DNA of 63,166 nucleotides, counting the filler, from Octopus bimaculoides (lineage: Eukaryota): assembly GCF_001194135.2 (NCBI RefSeq). It is 5 parts of 5 records of this genome, joined end to end, with 100 filler letters (N's around TTAATTAATTAA, not from the genome) between each part and the next. Parts side by side here need not be neighbours in the genome. Positions count along the whole stretch, not along the records: positions 49,382 to 59,650 come from NC_068988.1; positions 59,751 to 63,166 come from NC_068989.1; 3 more parts are not named here. One strand, 5' to 3'. The translations under genes were made by a program, and so were the position numbers. Positions 50,250-63,166 of this stretch are shown here, piece after piece (within the stretch, counting starts at the first letter, position 1; the number at the start of each line of letters is the position of its first letter). A model generated the notes under the pieces. That model did not search any database, was not told the origin of the DNA, and worked only from the letters and a program-made list of their open reading frames with translations.

Positions 50250-51682
50250 GTCGTCATCATCGTCATCGTCATCGTCATCATCATCATCATCGTCGTCGTC
50301 GTCATCATCATCGTCATCATCATCATCACAACTTCACCATGCTGCTGTGGCATATTATCACCATCCGCTTTCTCATTTCTTTTATTATTTCCAGTGGCTG
50401 TCCAATATTTCTCCGTCGTTTACTCCAGTGATTGATGGTTATTTCTTACCCGATCACCCTGCAACGATGCTGCAAACCTACCCGCTTAATGCCCATCAGT
50501 TCTTCACGGGTACCACAAGGGATGAAGGGTCCAGTTTTGGTAAAAGCTACTTTTTCTTGTTTTGCCTTCTTTCTTTTTATTGAAACTGTTTACACGCAAA
50601 ACACTCACACCAACACATCAACACATGCATACAAACATACACGCACGCACGCAAGCACACACACACACACAATATTTTGTCCTTTGCCATCCTTAAAGTT
50701 TTTCATATACGCATTAGCATTCCGCCAAATCATCCATAACTTTTTATGTTAAATACGAAAATGCTGACAGGCGGAATTAGCCGAACATTTGCCGTTCGAG
50801 CTGTCCTCACTGAAGAGATCTACGGAATAAACACAACTAGACGTCTAGTCTGAGGATTTTCGAGTCGGCATGGAGCGGTTGGCTCCCCTGTCAGCATATA
50901 TTTCTTTTACGGTACCACGTTGCGCTTAGCTGCTTGTATTAATTTTATATAATGGCGTGAAGCTGTGTAATACCTTCTGATTGATAACTGATGAGGAATT
51001 TAGGGACCCTCTGTGTCTGATTCCCGTCCGTTTATGCACTTAATATACGTTTTCCCGTTCGTCTGTGCATTTATTATTTGTCTTTTAACTTACCATTCTG
51101 CGTCCGTTTTTCGTTTGTGTATTTACTACACATTTTTTCACTTATCAAGTAACGAAACGCAACGCACCCTGGTCTTATAAGGTTCGAAAATCGATTAAGG
51201 TTGTTCGTCATTTTTGTTTTAGTTTGCGGAGAAATGGTTAAAATTTGCCCTGTTTTTATTTATGCCATATGTTACATATATGTATATGTTTATCTGGTTC
51301 TTTTACATTCTTCGATGAAATCCCGCTCAAATCGACTTAATCTTTCATTCTTCAGGGAGTCCATAAAATGCACCACTAGTCAAATAATCAAACACTGGGT
51401 CAATGTAATCGACTAACCCAGTCCCTCGAAAACTTCTGGCTTTGTACCTAAATACGAAACGATTATTTTTAAATAATGCTTATAACATACTTTCTTCTTG
51501 TTTTGTTCCAGCCGCGTATTTACTTTCAGACATGGATGTCAAAGCAAGTTCCATGAAATCTCTATTGAAAATCATGAACTGTTTTTGTGGTTATTTGCCA
51601 GGCGTCAGTGGCATTGTGGGTAAGTATATTTTAGAATATTCTTATTCTTCCACTAGAATAATAAATAAATATTTATGAGGTA

Positions 51683-51836
51683 CAGGCGTGGCTGAGTGGT
51701 TAGGAAGTTTGCTTCCGAACCATGTGGTGTTGGCTACTGCGAAGCACCTTGGACAAGTTTTCAGTTATAGTCCTTGGCCTACCAAAGCCTTGTGAGTGAA
51801 TTTATTTGATGGAAACTGAAAGAAGCTCGTCGTATA
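51683..51836 (+). mobile_element. SINE family B 5' part
   Basis: caggcgtggctgagtggttaggaagtttgcttcc...ccaaagccttgtgagtg...ggaaactgaaagaagctcgtcg. Confidence 0.75.
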
Positions 51837-52048
51837 TGACATGCCGTTAAGGAAAAGGACAGTCTTATTCTCTGGAGATAAAAGGGGAGTCAAGGACATG
51901 TATTTCTGGTTCAAAAGCCGTCGCTAGCACGACGGAAACAAGGTTAACCAACGGTTGTGCTCGTGATGACTGTCGAGTCAGAAACACGTGTCCATGACTC
52001 TCCCCTCGTCTCCAAACCATAAGACTGTCCTTTTTCTTGTGGCATATC
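51837..52048. repeat. ~210-bp imperfect palindrome (fold-back/MITE-like hairpin)
   Basis: aaggaaaaggacagtcttat...ggagtcaaggacatgtatttctg pairs with cagaaacacgtgtccatgactctcc...ataagactgtcctttttctt; ~90-100-bp arms and a ~15-nt loop. Confidence 0.85.
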
Positions 52049-52409
52049 AACTTTAGAGACTTCTTGATTTTTGATATTATCTCCCTTTCCCAAGTGCAGC
52101 GGGTCTTAATTGCTTTTTTAGTAATTATAACATATCTTCAAAAGACAGAGATAATTTTAATAAATCAAGAAGTTATGTTGTATGGTATTTGATATACCTG
52201 TATTTGTCTGATGTTAAAATACAAGCAACTGGTCACTCAGACTTATTTCTCTCAGTTAATTTTTGTTTAAATTCCATATACGTACATGCAATCCCATACA
52301 TACACACAGGCGTACATATAAACACACACGAGTGTGTGTGCGTGTACGTGCGTACGTGTACGTGCGTGCGTGTACGTGCGTGCGTGTGTGTATGTGCGTG
52401 TCTGTGTGT

Positions 52410-52516
<107 letters not shown>

Positions 52517-53162
52517 ATTGTGTCAGTGAGTTGTGTTGTCAGTGTGTGAAATCAAAGAAAGGGTGGAGATAGAGTTATTACGCAGAAGGTATCGTACTTC
52601 ACCTCACTCCTCACATCCTTAAATCCAACACACGCACGCACACACACACACACACACACGTATATACACACATGCATGCATGCATACATACATACATACA
52701 TACATACATACATACATACATACACAGCCTCTTATTCACTCAAGTATACCAAATACAAAGTGTCAGGTTCCCCGATCAAATCGAAGTATCATGTTTGATG
52801 CCCAACAACAACCTAGCATCGTATTTCAAACGTATATCTTACTCATTTATATTTCCTCACCGGGGTCAGTTAAGGTTTGTACAAAATATATATTTATGAT
52901 TCCTTCTTCTGCAGAGTGAACTGACGGTCAGGTCTTTACACTTTCATGTGACATATGATGTGATGACAATGTTGGCTTCTGCGGTAAAGACAGCGCTGAA
53001 GTACTGACAAGAAAGGCATCCGGGTTTCGTAGCTGCTGATCACCTGTCAAAATGTCAGCGCGGAGAGACTTATTTATCGGCCTTATCTACTGAATTGATA
53101 CTTGAGGTTTAGTTGGAGTTTGTGTGTGTGTGTGTGTGTGTGTGTATACACANNNNNNNNNN

Positions 53163-53213
<51 letters not shown>

Positions 53214-53354
53214 TGTGTGTGTGTTTGCTTTTGTTTTGGCATCATATAAGTCAGAGATATCCAAGGGTTTCCTTTCGTTTACTTTTCCCTCTTCTCTTTC
53301 TCTCTCTCCCTCTCTCTATTCATCTATCTATCTAACTCAATCAATTTATCTCTT

Positions 53355-53399
<45 letters not shown>

Positions 53400-53463
53400 C
53401 ACATACCTGCACACACACAAACGCACATACATACACACACGTACTCTCTCTTTCTTTCATCTC

Positions 53464-53502
<39 letters not shown>

Positions 53503-53605
53503 TTGTGCCTCTTGTGCATACACATATACAAACATACATATCTGTATATGTACACAGACAGACAGACAGACACACACACAGACAGACACACAGACACACA
53601 GACAC

Positions 53606-53660
<55 letters not shown>

Positions 53661-53670
53661 TACATTCACA

Positions 53671-53822
53671 TATACGAAGGGCTTCTTTTAGTTTCCGTCA
53701 CTCACATGGCTTTGATCAGCCCGAGGCTATAATAGAAGCTACTTCCCTAAGGTTCCACGCAGTGGGATTTGAACCTGGAACCATGTGGTTGGGAAGCAAG
53801 CTTCTCACCACACAGCCATAAA
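53671..53822 (-). mobile_element. SINE family B 5' part
   Basis: cgaagggcttcttttagtttccgtc...ccacgcagtgggatttgaacctggaaccatgtggttgggaagcaagcttctcaccacacagcca. Confidence 0.8.
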
Positions 53823-54079
53823 GACAATACCCATGACCCTTTGGACGCCCTTTAAAACTAGGGAGAGTTATGAAGGGAGTAAACACAAACTGGAAGTCTG
53901 CAATACTTGGTGGTGGTGGGGGTTGCCGCCAAGTGATGACGTGTAAACCGGGTGACGAGTTTTGAACTCACAACTCAAGAAGCAGAAACAACTACTACAA
54001 GGCATCCGATTCGACATTCTTACAGTTCTACCAATCTATAGTATTTTTCACTGGCACTTTTTTTTTTATTGTGGCGGCA

Positions 54080-54350
54080 CATAGCCTAGCGGACTCGCGG
54101 TCGAGGGATCGCGGGTTCGAATCACAGACCGGGCGATGTGTGTATTTATGAGCGAAACACCTAAGCTCTAGCAGAAGGTAATGGCGAACTTCTGCTGACC
54201 CTTTCACCACAACTTTCTCTCCCTCTTTCCTCCTGCATCTAGCAGCTCACCTGTGACGGACCGGTGTCCCGTCCAGATGGGGAACTTATACGCCAATGAA
54301 ACCGGGGAACCGGCTCTTATGAGTCAGGCATGGCTCGAGAAGGAACAAAT
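54080..54350 (+). mobile_element. SINE with family A-type tRNA head
   Basis: gcggactcgcggtcgagggatcgcgggttcgaatcacagaccgggcg...; its tail is shared with 21240-21330. Confidence 0.8.
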
Positions 54351-54895
54351 AACAACTTCTTTTATTGATCTTGGTTAGTTAGTCCACATCACTCTGTAAG
54401 TAGCATCGGGCCGCTTTCCAAGTTTCCCTGGTGTGTATATTCCTCCCTGGCCGGAACACCGGTATGTCGCACGATGACTCGTTTTTACCTGCAGAGTAGA
54501 ATGAAGTGCATTGAACAAAATTGAACGCACACGGCATGTGTGTTCGATTTTGTTTATATACCTCCGGCTGCTTCTAATTCATATTTGAAGTTTTCTGTGG
54601 CAGGAAGCGTCGGGACATGCCAGCAGATGGTGTTTAAGCCATTTAGCATATAGTCATAGTCGGCGATATGGCTTGCAGCGGGCCTTGTTTGATATGCGGC
54701 ATTGATAAGTCAAAAACGATGACGAATCATCGATGTCTGTTGCTCCAAGAAGGGACCTATGTGAGTTGTCTCACTTGACTGTGACTTACTTTCAGATGTT
54801 TTTTTTTTTTTTACACCAGGCACATAGAGAATATATTCTCTTGCGCCTAAAAACCGCAGCCGAACCACGAACTAACAACACTCATACCTCGTGCA

Positions 54896-54958
<63 letters not shown>

Positions 54959-55249
54959 TATCCTTGTTTAGACACTTACAATGCAAATACTATCTCACAT
55001 TATTCATGCCGCTACGCATTTATTTCCACTATCACATACACATACACATTTACACGTAATTCAAACTTAACCATACTTCCCCCACTCTTATTAGGCTCTT
55101 TATCTCTTATCGAGCGCTCACTCTTCTCTGCTTTAGAACACCGACTCTGTCCTATTCACCTTTACGTCTTCCATTCAAATATGCTTCAACTCTGATATGA
55201 CACCAGTTTCGGGTTGTTGTTTATTCCTTCCATCTTCCCCCTTCCTTCT

Positions 55250-55285
55250 CAGTTGATAAAGGACCACTGTCCGAAACATTGTTTT
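55250..55285 (+). ncRNA. Degenerate minimal hammerhead-like motif
   Basis: TTGATAAA-GGAC cact GTCC-GAAAC-ATT: perfect helix II; the core differs from CTGATGAA...GAAACGTT by transitions only. Confidence 0.4.
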
Positions 55286-56511
55286 CCCTTTATTTCTTTC
55301 ATTGTGTAAATACATTGACTTTATACTTTTCTTCAATTTCTTTGTGGTTTTATATGTACTTCATTATCTTTTTTTTTTGGGGGGGGGGTTCTTATTTTCA
55401 TTTGAGTGTTGCCTGGATATGTAATCATTGTGCTAATGCAGAATTAACTCGGACTTATCGAACTATCGATACTTATTTATTATATCGCTCCAATTTTTGC
55501 TTTAATAGGTTCCGTACTTCAGCATTATCTTCCTTGGCCTTATGAAGCCGGCAATGAAACTGTCATCTTACAAATGTTTTCAGAGGTAAGTTTCAGCAAA
55601 TAGTCACCGGTTGTTGTTGTTGTTGTTACTGGTAGTGTGGGGGTGTATTTAACCCTAGGTCAACTCTGATCGAAAAACCTCATGATCAAAGAAATCCCCA
55701 GCCCTTGCAGAAGTATACCTGTCATAAACTTGACCGCGATGCCCTGCAATGCCTTACGAATGAGTTTATTAGACGGAAACACTGCGGGAGACCATCATAT
55801 GAATATATACACGTGTGTGTATGTATGCACGTACGCATGTGTGTGAGTGTGTTCATGTTTACCCCTCACACACACATACACACACCGCCTTAGCAGATCA
55901 GCAAAAGGGGCCGATTTTATAAGTACCAGATTTTTATAAAATACTAGGGTTGATTTGTTCGGCTAAAACCCTTGAAGGTGATGCTCCAGTATGGCCACAG
56001 TCAAATGACTGAAATAAAAAAAGGATTAATGATAAAAGGGAACCAAAATATGGTGGGTCCTTTCTTATATATTTTTATTCTTTGATTTTAATCATTGGAC
56101 TGCGGCCATACTGGGGCCCTGTCTTTAGCAATTTTAGTCAATTATATCAATTGCGGTACTTTGTTGGGTATTTATTCTATCGACCTCGTAAGGTGACTCT
56201 GAAAAGTGAACCAGGTATATTTTTTCGACGCACCGATTGTGCTATCCCATACCATGAACTCATTAGGCATTTTCTTTTTAAGTTCCTCGAAGTTTAAGAT
56301 AAGAGACAATCGTTCAATACTCACTCCATCACATCACTTTATACTCTCCCAAGGGATATCATCATTACCATCACCACCGTCATCCGGTCGAGCGACTTTG
56401 CCGGACCAATGCAGCATCCCCCGTGTCAAACGTCTCGGTTGAGCGATGTAGCATGAACGTAAGTGCTTGAGATTCAGTGACGTTGGTCTTTCGCTAGCTG
56501 AAATAACGTGC

Positions 56512-57158
56512 AGGCCAATGGCCCAGTGGTTAGGGCAGCGGACTCGCGGTCATAGGATCGCGGTTTCGATTCCCAGACCGGGCGTTGTGAGTGTTTATTG
56601 AGCGAAAACACCTAAAGCTCCACGAGGCTCCGGCAGGGGATGGTGGCGAACTCCGCTGTACTCTTTCACCACAACTTTCTCTCATTCTTTCTTCCTGTTT
56701 CTGTTGTACCTGTACTTCAAAGAGCCAGCCTTGTCACACTCTGTGTCACGCTGAATCTCCCCGAGAATTATGTTAAAGGTACACGTCTCTGTGGAGTGCT
56801 CAGCTACTTGCACGTNNNNNNNNNNCGGTTTCGATTCCCAGACCGGGCGTTGTGAGTGTTTATTGAGCGAAAACACCTAAAGCTCCACGAGGCTCCGGCA
56901 GGGGATGGTGGCGAACTCCGCTGTACTCTTTCACCACAACTTTCTCTCATTCTTTCTTCCTGTTTCTGTTGTACCTGTACTTCAAAGAGCCAGCCTTGTC
57001 ACACTCTGTGTCACGCTGAATCTCCCCGAGAATTATGTTAAAGGTACACGTCTCTGTGGAGTGCTCAGCTACTTGCACGTTAATTTCACGAGCAAGCTGT
57101 TCCGTTGATCGGATCAACTGGAACGCTCGTCGTCGTAAGCGACGGAGTGCCAACAACA
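56512..57158 (+). mobile_element. SINE family A; 255 bp duplicated across a 10-N gap (assembly overlap)
   Basis: 56561-56815 is identical to 56826-57080; A/B boxes as at 20305. Confidence 0.9.
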
Positions 57159-58304
57159 GCTGAAATATCTCGTCTGCGCACACCACAACTACAAATGTTA
57201 ACAGCAATAGTTCGCTAACTGAACTCGTTCATTCTCGTCGTTGTCAGTTTGTTGTCTGTTCATCCGTTTAGCATCAAGTGGATATTCAACACTTATTCGA
57301 TCAGTTCATTTGCCGAAATAGTACACTCCCGCCATACAGCATCCTATGATTTCAACGTACCCTAACTCGTGTGCATAGCACGGGCCCTGAAAAGAGCTCC
57401 AATCCGGGTCATAGAAGACCTGGGATCTCGTAAAGCAGGCTCCTACTACTGGATCCCGTTTAAAGTCATTCCAAAAGGAGACAACTGAGGGAAATGAGGC
57501 AATTTATCTATTAAGAATAATCCCTAACTAATAAACGCAAGTGTTTTTGTTTTTTTCATTTCTAATTAATGAAAATGATTAACTATTGATATTATCGTCT
57601 ATTGTTTCTCTTCAAGTTGATGGGAGATTATTATATAACTGCTCCAACGCAAGTAAATGCTGATACACTCCAAGCCAGAAACATCACAGTTTACTTTTAC
57701 CATTTCTCGTATATGTCGGAACTCAGCCATTTCAGTTGTAAGTAAAAGATGGAAGTATTTTCCTAAATTTTCTCGTATATTTTTCCCCTTCTAGGAGCAA
57801 AGCTAGACATAATAAGATGTAACCATAAGCGGTTGCATGTAAAAGTTGTATTTAAGAAGCTCATTTCGCAACTACGGACTTCTAGATTCGATCTCACAAT
57901 GCAGCAACTTGGACAGGAATCTTATACCAAGATCTTATCGGTGGAAGTCAGTAAACGAAAACACTACTGAACTTCCTGTTGTGTATATAACAACATTTTG
58001 TTGGTGTAATTCAAATCATTTGTTAGAAATGCTTGAAAATGTCCAAAAGCTGAAAGTAAAATTATTTTGAGGAACATTTTTACTCGCTCCAATCAAAAGA
58101 TTTCATTTTCCTTCTTTGATTTTTGCTGCTAATGTCTATTTATTATTCAACAGGCATCGTCTGTTTCCTTTAGTTGTTTTATTTTATTTTGTTTTTTAAT
58201 GATTTTTTTTCCCATTTAGTACTTAAAAGTATAAGACAGATTAAGCGATTTCTTTCATTACTTTATGTTGCGTGGAAAAAGAAATTAAGAATTCATTACC
58301 TTGA

Positions 58305-58358
<54 letters not shown>

Positions 58359-58539
58359 GAAATATGTTACAAAAACAAAAACAAAATAGAAAATACACGT
58401 GGATATTTACAAGATTGTAAACTCGGCGCCGTATAAAAAAAAACATTCGCACTGAAAGCATATAGAAAGTTTGTTTACATAAAAACAAACACGAACTATT
58501 ATAGTTCTTAAATTTGACAGACATGGGGAGGTTGATTCG

Positions 58540-59625
58540 CTAGTGTAAAGGTAACACAGTCGCGTTAACAAAGGGATGTAGGTTCGGCACTCCAACCGGA
58601 TAGCAAAGCCTTTTTTTTTTCTGTCGAGGGCTTTTTTTCTGTCGAGGGTTTGTAGAACCACATTTCTCTGCCGAAAATAAGTTATACGAACACCGTGCTC
58701 TAGCAGATACTTCTCCTTCAGACTTGATGCCAACAGTTTTGCTTTGTCTTTTGAGAGGGATAGGTCTCTGACAAGGTCATTCAGTTCAACTTGGGAAAAT
58801 TTCTGAGGTTCAAAGCTATCGTCATCAGCCACGTAATCTTCCTCAGCAGCACTATCGTGACAGTCAGCATCATCATCTGATGTTTCAATACCATCTTCTG
58901 GTGGAACTGGAATTGGCAGACTTCCATTGTGAGACACAGGTTTCATTGCAGAATCCAAATTGGAATACACAATTTTGTGTTTATTCTTCATAGGAAATCC
59001 TCTGACATTTACTTTGCATAAATAGCAATCATTAAAATGGTCTTTTGGCCCCCTCCATATCACTGGAATGGTTTTCAAAAGGCATGGACTTCTTATTATT
59101 ATTGAACCAGTCACGTAAGCCATTTGAGCAACCTGAGCAGATAAGATGTGATGCCCATAACTTGTCCTGATCTCCAAGAGGACAAGTATAGCTTATGAAT
59201 CTTCTTGATCTCTGGTGTTATTGTACGTTTTTGAGCTTTCACAATAAATTGTCCACAGACATAACAAAACATATCAGGACGATTTCTACACTGTCTTGAC
59301 ATTGCTAACACTATAAAACTGCAGACCAATAATGACAGGACAATTTGTTGAAATACCTATTTCATCAGACAAAACTTGATTGCTTAATTTAAGATGATGA
59401 AATATTGCATCTGAACTATGCAGCAATGAATAATGTAGTTTATTTTAAAGGCATGTTTCCATGATGTAAATGAAATACATGCATACACATCATTAATCGG
59501 AATTTCTATATAATTCATGAGCTAAAACCCAAAAACTTTCTCATATTGGAAACTGTACGTGATGTCAAAAAACTAATTATATATTTGAAATCAGCATTAA
59601 AAACTACACTAAGTACACTACTAGT
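58540..59625 (-). mobile_element. Truncated Chapaev-like (CMC superfamily) DNA transposon with frameshifted transposase N-terminus
   Basis: ATG at 59302: MSRQCRNRPDMFCYVCGQF.../CPLGDQDKLWASHLICSGCSNGLRDW...KSMPF/IPVIWRGPKDHFNDCYLC...YSNLDSAMKPVSH...FSQVELNDLVRDLSLSKDKAKLLASSLKEKYLL...ITYFRQR. Two frameshifts; the catalytic C-terminal half is missing. The family name is from memory of these motifs. Confidence 0.7.
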
Positions 59626-59650
59626 TGACCAATGCTATATATATATATAT

Positions 59651-59750
59651 NNNNNNNNNNNNNNNNNNNNNNNNNNNNNNNNNNNNNNNNNNNNTTAATT
59701 AATTAANNNNNNNNNNNNNNNNNNNNNNNNNNNNNNNNNNNNNNNNNNNN
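59651..59750. other. Artificial scaffold linker
   Basis: 44N-TTAATTAATTAA(59695-59706)-44N. Confidence 0.95.
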
Positions 59751-60948
59751 TTATTATTGGAGCAACAAGATACATACCAACCCCTCTGAAGCAAACTATG
59801 ACTGAACTTGGGATCCTGTGGAGAGAACGCAAATCCTTAATTCATATGTTACAAAGGATCATGATATGTGTGTCTGAAAATTTCGAATATGACATTGTTT
59901 TCATTATCAACATACCAAATGTGCTTTGTATCTGTCAGGAACCAACGCCTTCTTCAGATAATGATTTTAAATGACTAAATACAGAAAAAACATACATAAA
60001 TAGATATATACATCCGCACATACATACATACATACATACATACATACATACACACATACATATCTCATATTCATCAGCGACTGTCAGAATCAATAACTGC
60101 TGCAAACAGAAATGCTTGTTGCAAAGCTTTTCTTTAGGTAATCTTCTCTTAACAGCCAGATTGTCCTGTCTTTCACTCTTCTCTCTAAAATCATTAAAAT
60201 TAATACACAACTATGAACGCCTAAAACCATTAGAGGCGATACCCAGCATGGCTGCCCTCTAATGACTACAACAAGTAAGACGCATATGTACAAACATTTG
60301 AATAAATGTGGGTGTGTATGTATGTATTTCTTTCTTTCTCTCTCTCTTTCTGTATATATATATAAATATATATATATATACNNNNNNNNNNNNNNNNNNN
60401 NNNNNNNNNNNNNNNNNNNNNNNNNNNNNNNNNNNNNNNNNNNNNNNNNNNNNNNNNNNNNNNNNNNNNNNNNNNNNNNNNNNNNNNNNNNNNNNNNNNN
60501 NNNNNNNNNNNNNNNNNNNNNNNNNNNNNNNNNNNNNNNNNNNNNNNNNNNNNNNNNNNNNNNNNNNNNNNNNNNNNNNNNNNNNNNNNNNNNNNNNNNN
60601 NNNNNNNNNNNNNNNNNNNNNNNNNNNNNNNNNNNNNNNNNNNNNNNNNNNNNNNNNNNNNNNNNNNNNNNNNNNNNNNNNNNNNNNNNNNNNNNNNNNN
60701 NNNNNNNNNNNNNNNNNNNNNNNNNNNNNNNNNNNNNNNNNNNNNNNNNNNNNNNNNNNNNNNNNNNNNNNNNNNNNNNNNNNNNNNNNNNNNNNNNNNN
60801 NNNNNNNNNNNNNNNNNNNNNNNNNNNNNNNNNNNNNNNNNNNNNNNNNNNNNNNNNNNNNNNNNNNNNNNNNNNNNNNNNNNNNNNNNNNNNNNNNNNN
60901 NNNNNNNNNNNNNNNNNNNNNNNNNNNNNNNNNNNNNNNNNNNNNNNN

Positions 60949-61003
<55 letters not shown>

Positions 61004-61346
61004 ATATTTATATATGTGCGTGTGTGTGTATGCGTGTATATCATATAAGTATGTATGCATGTATAGATAGACAGATAGATTGATAGATAGATAGATTAAT
61101 AAAGATATGTGTCTGGAGATTTTATTAATTATGATCTTCACTATAAGTTGGGCATTGTGTGATATACTTGGAAAACTTCTTCGAAACAAAGAAATCCATC
61201 TCTTCGCCTTAGTATACACTTTCAGTTAAGGGTTGTGTGTATGTGTGCATGAGCGTGCGTATATGTGTGTGTGTGTATGTCTGTGTGTCTGTGTGTAAAG
61301 GTGCATGGTCTAGTGGTTAAGATGGTGGAGAAATTGTATACCTTTT

Positions 61347-61561
61347 CAGTAATTCCTTAACTATCGCAGGTGTTATGTTCCAAAACACCCCGCAATAGGT
61401 GAAAATCTGCTAAGTAGAAACAGAACTGTATTTTTACTATTATTTTCATAATTTATATATATTTATTTTATTATAAATGCAAAACAACACTACAGAAAAA
61501 TCGACGTAAGCTTAAATGATAAACCGCGATAGGTGAACCGCGATGTGGTGAGGGATTACTG
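61347..61561. mobile_element. Tigger/pogo-like MITE (inverted homolog of 4623-4885)
   Basis: CAGTAATTCCTTAACTATCGC ... CGCGATGTGGTGAGGGATTACTG-TA. Confidence 0.75.
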
Positions 61562-61744
61562 TATCCCTGTGCATATTAAAACTAGCATCGTTAAAGTATT
61601 AAATGTACTGATGAAGATTACATCGCTTAAAACAAATCCTCATTCCTATGATCTTATACTGCCAACTACAAGCGCCTCAACAATATCATCAGTATGCAAT
61701 TTCGTTCGGAGAACGCAGCTAAGGGGGTCAGGCAATATTAATGG

Positions 61745-61960
61745 CAAGATGGCAGAGTCGTTGTCGCGCCGTGCGAAATGCTTATCGGCATTTACGTCCG
61801 TCTTTACGTTCTGAGTTCAAATTCCGCGGAGGTCGACTGTACCTTTCAACTTTTTGGGACCAGTAGAATATGTATCAGTTAATAACTTGAATAGATGTAA
61901 TCGAATTACTCCCTACCTCGAAATTGCTAGCCATGTACTAAAATGTGAAATCAATGTTAA
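61745..61960 (+). mobile_element. SINE family C
   Basis: ggcaagatggcagagtcgttgtcgcgccgtgcgaaatgcttatcggcatttacgtccg...gagttcaaattccgcggaggtcgac. Confidence 0.75.
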
Positions 61961-62141
61961 TTGACACAAGACATGTTTTTTTTTTAATTCTAAACTCAAT
62001 ATTAACAAGTAACGATGAAACATGGCAACTGAATGAAAGGGAGATAACAAGATTGAATTGAAATACAGTGGTCATTCAAATGCAACAAACGCATTTGAAT
62101 AAATAGCAGTTTCTTTTCTATGCGTGCAGTACGCACGGACT

Positions 62142-62198
<57 letters not shown>

Positions 62199-62958
62199 NN
62201 NNNNNNNNNNNNNNNNNNNNNNNNNNNNNNNNNNNNNNNNNNNNNNNNNNNNNNNNNNNNNNNNNNNNNNNNNNNNNNNNNNNNNNNNNNNNNNNNNNNN
62301 NNNNNNNNNNNNNNNNNNNNNNNNNNNNNNNNNNNNNNNNNNNNNNNNNNNNNNNNNNNNNNNNNNNNNNNNNNNNNNNNNNNNNNNNNNNNNNNNNNNN
62401 NNNNNNNNNNNNNNNNNNNNNNNNNNNNNNNNNNNNNNNNNNNNNNNNNNNNNNNNNNNNNNNNNNNNNNNNNNNNNNNNNNNNNNATATATGTTTAAAT
62501 AATTTTTATTCGCTTCGATCACATTTTAAAATTTGCTGCGGTATTAAAAACGATTATCGTACACATTGGTAAGATGAATAATCTCTTTAACCCCTGTGTC
62601 AGTAAGACTCACTGAAGATGAACTAAGAGTTTTTCTGAAAATTCGAAATTACGGTTGTAGAGTATATCTGTCTTTTTCAACATTCGATTAGTTTTGTCAT
62701 TCGTACGGTGTTTTAGGATTGTTATTCATTTCCCCGTTTTCACCGTTGTGTTTAAGTGAAAATTTATGGTTTCTGTCATACATATAAATGCCTATCCATC
62801 CATCCATTCATCCAGCCAGCCATCCATCTATCCATCCATTCATCCGTCCGTCCGTCCGTCTGTCTATCTATCTGTCTGTCTGTCTGAATGTCTATTTTTC
62901 TGTCTGTCTATTTATCTATCTATCTATCTATCTATCTGTCCGTCCGTTCGTCTGTGCG

Positions 62959-63042
<84 letters not shown>

Positions 63043-63166
63043 CTTATCCTCTGATCTGGACGGATGCTAGTCGCATCGGCTCGCAAGTAAGTTGGCCTTT
63101 TATATGTCAAAAATTTTGCAGTTTTAAAATATTTTTTGTGGAAGAGGTGTATAAAACTATACACTT

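Noticed and set aside
56561-57080. Apparent tandem duplication of a SINE
   Set aside because: An identical 255 bp on both sides of a 10-N gap is best explained by unmerged overlapping contig ends.
62605-62665. CTGAAGA...GAAA hammerhead-like motif (similarly CTGATGAG at ~50985)
   Set aside because: Helix III and the cleavage triplet, or the GAAA block, cannot be formed convincingly.

Overview
AT-rich, microsatellite-dense animal genomic DNA. The SINE and LINE families look like those of an octopus genome (inference from recognising the repeats, not a database search). The window is five scaffold pieces joined by four artificial 100-bp linkers (44 N + TTAATTAATTAA + 44 N). The only host gene I can support is the last two coding exons (37930-38094, 38444-38653, + strand) of a BAHCC1/TNRC18/winged-eye-type gene, encoding its C-terminal BAH domain. 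About 15 kb upstream of these exons is CpG-depleted, as expected of a methylated gene body, and the depletion begins abruptly at a scaffold linker. The rest is mobile-element debris: tRNA-derived SINEs, R4/Dong-like, RTE and CR1-like LINE fragments (one RTE ends in three C2H2 fingers), mariner, Chapaev-like and hAT remnants, and MITEs. The most interesting unexplained structures are: (i) dispersed minimal hammerhead-ribozyme-like motifs, including a ~150-200-nt module present twice next to (TA)n tracts (retrozyme/Penelope-like); (ii) several short elements that each sit in one microsatellite class ((TAA)n, (GATA)n, (TA)n), including a recurrent Dong-3'end/(AAT)n/550-bp composite; (iii) a ~1.3-kb degenerate fold-back and a ~210-bp hairpin. 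Repeat boundaries were read by eye and are approximate unless a TIR, TSD or splice site is quoted.
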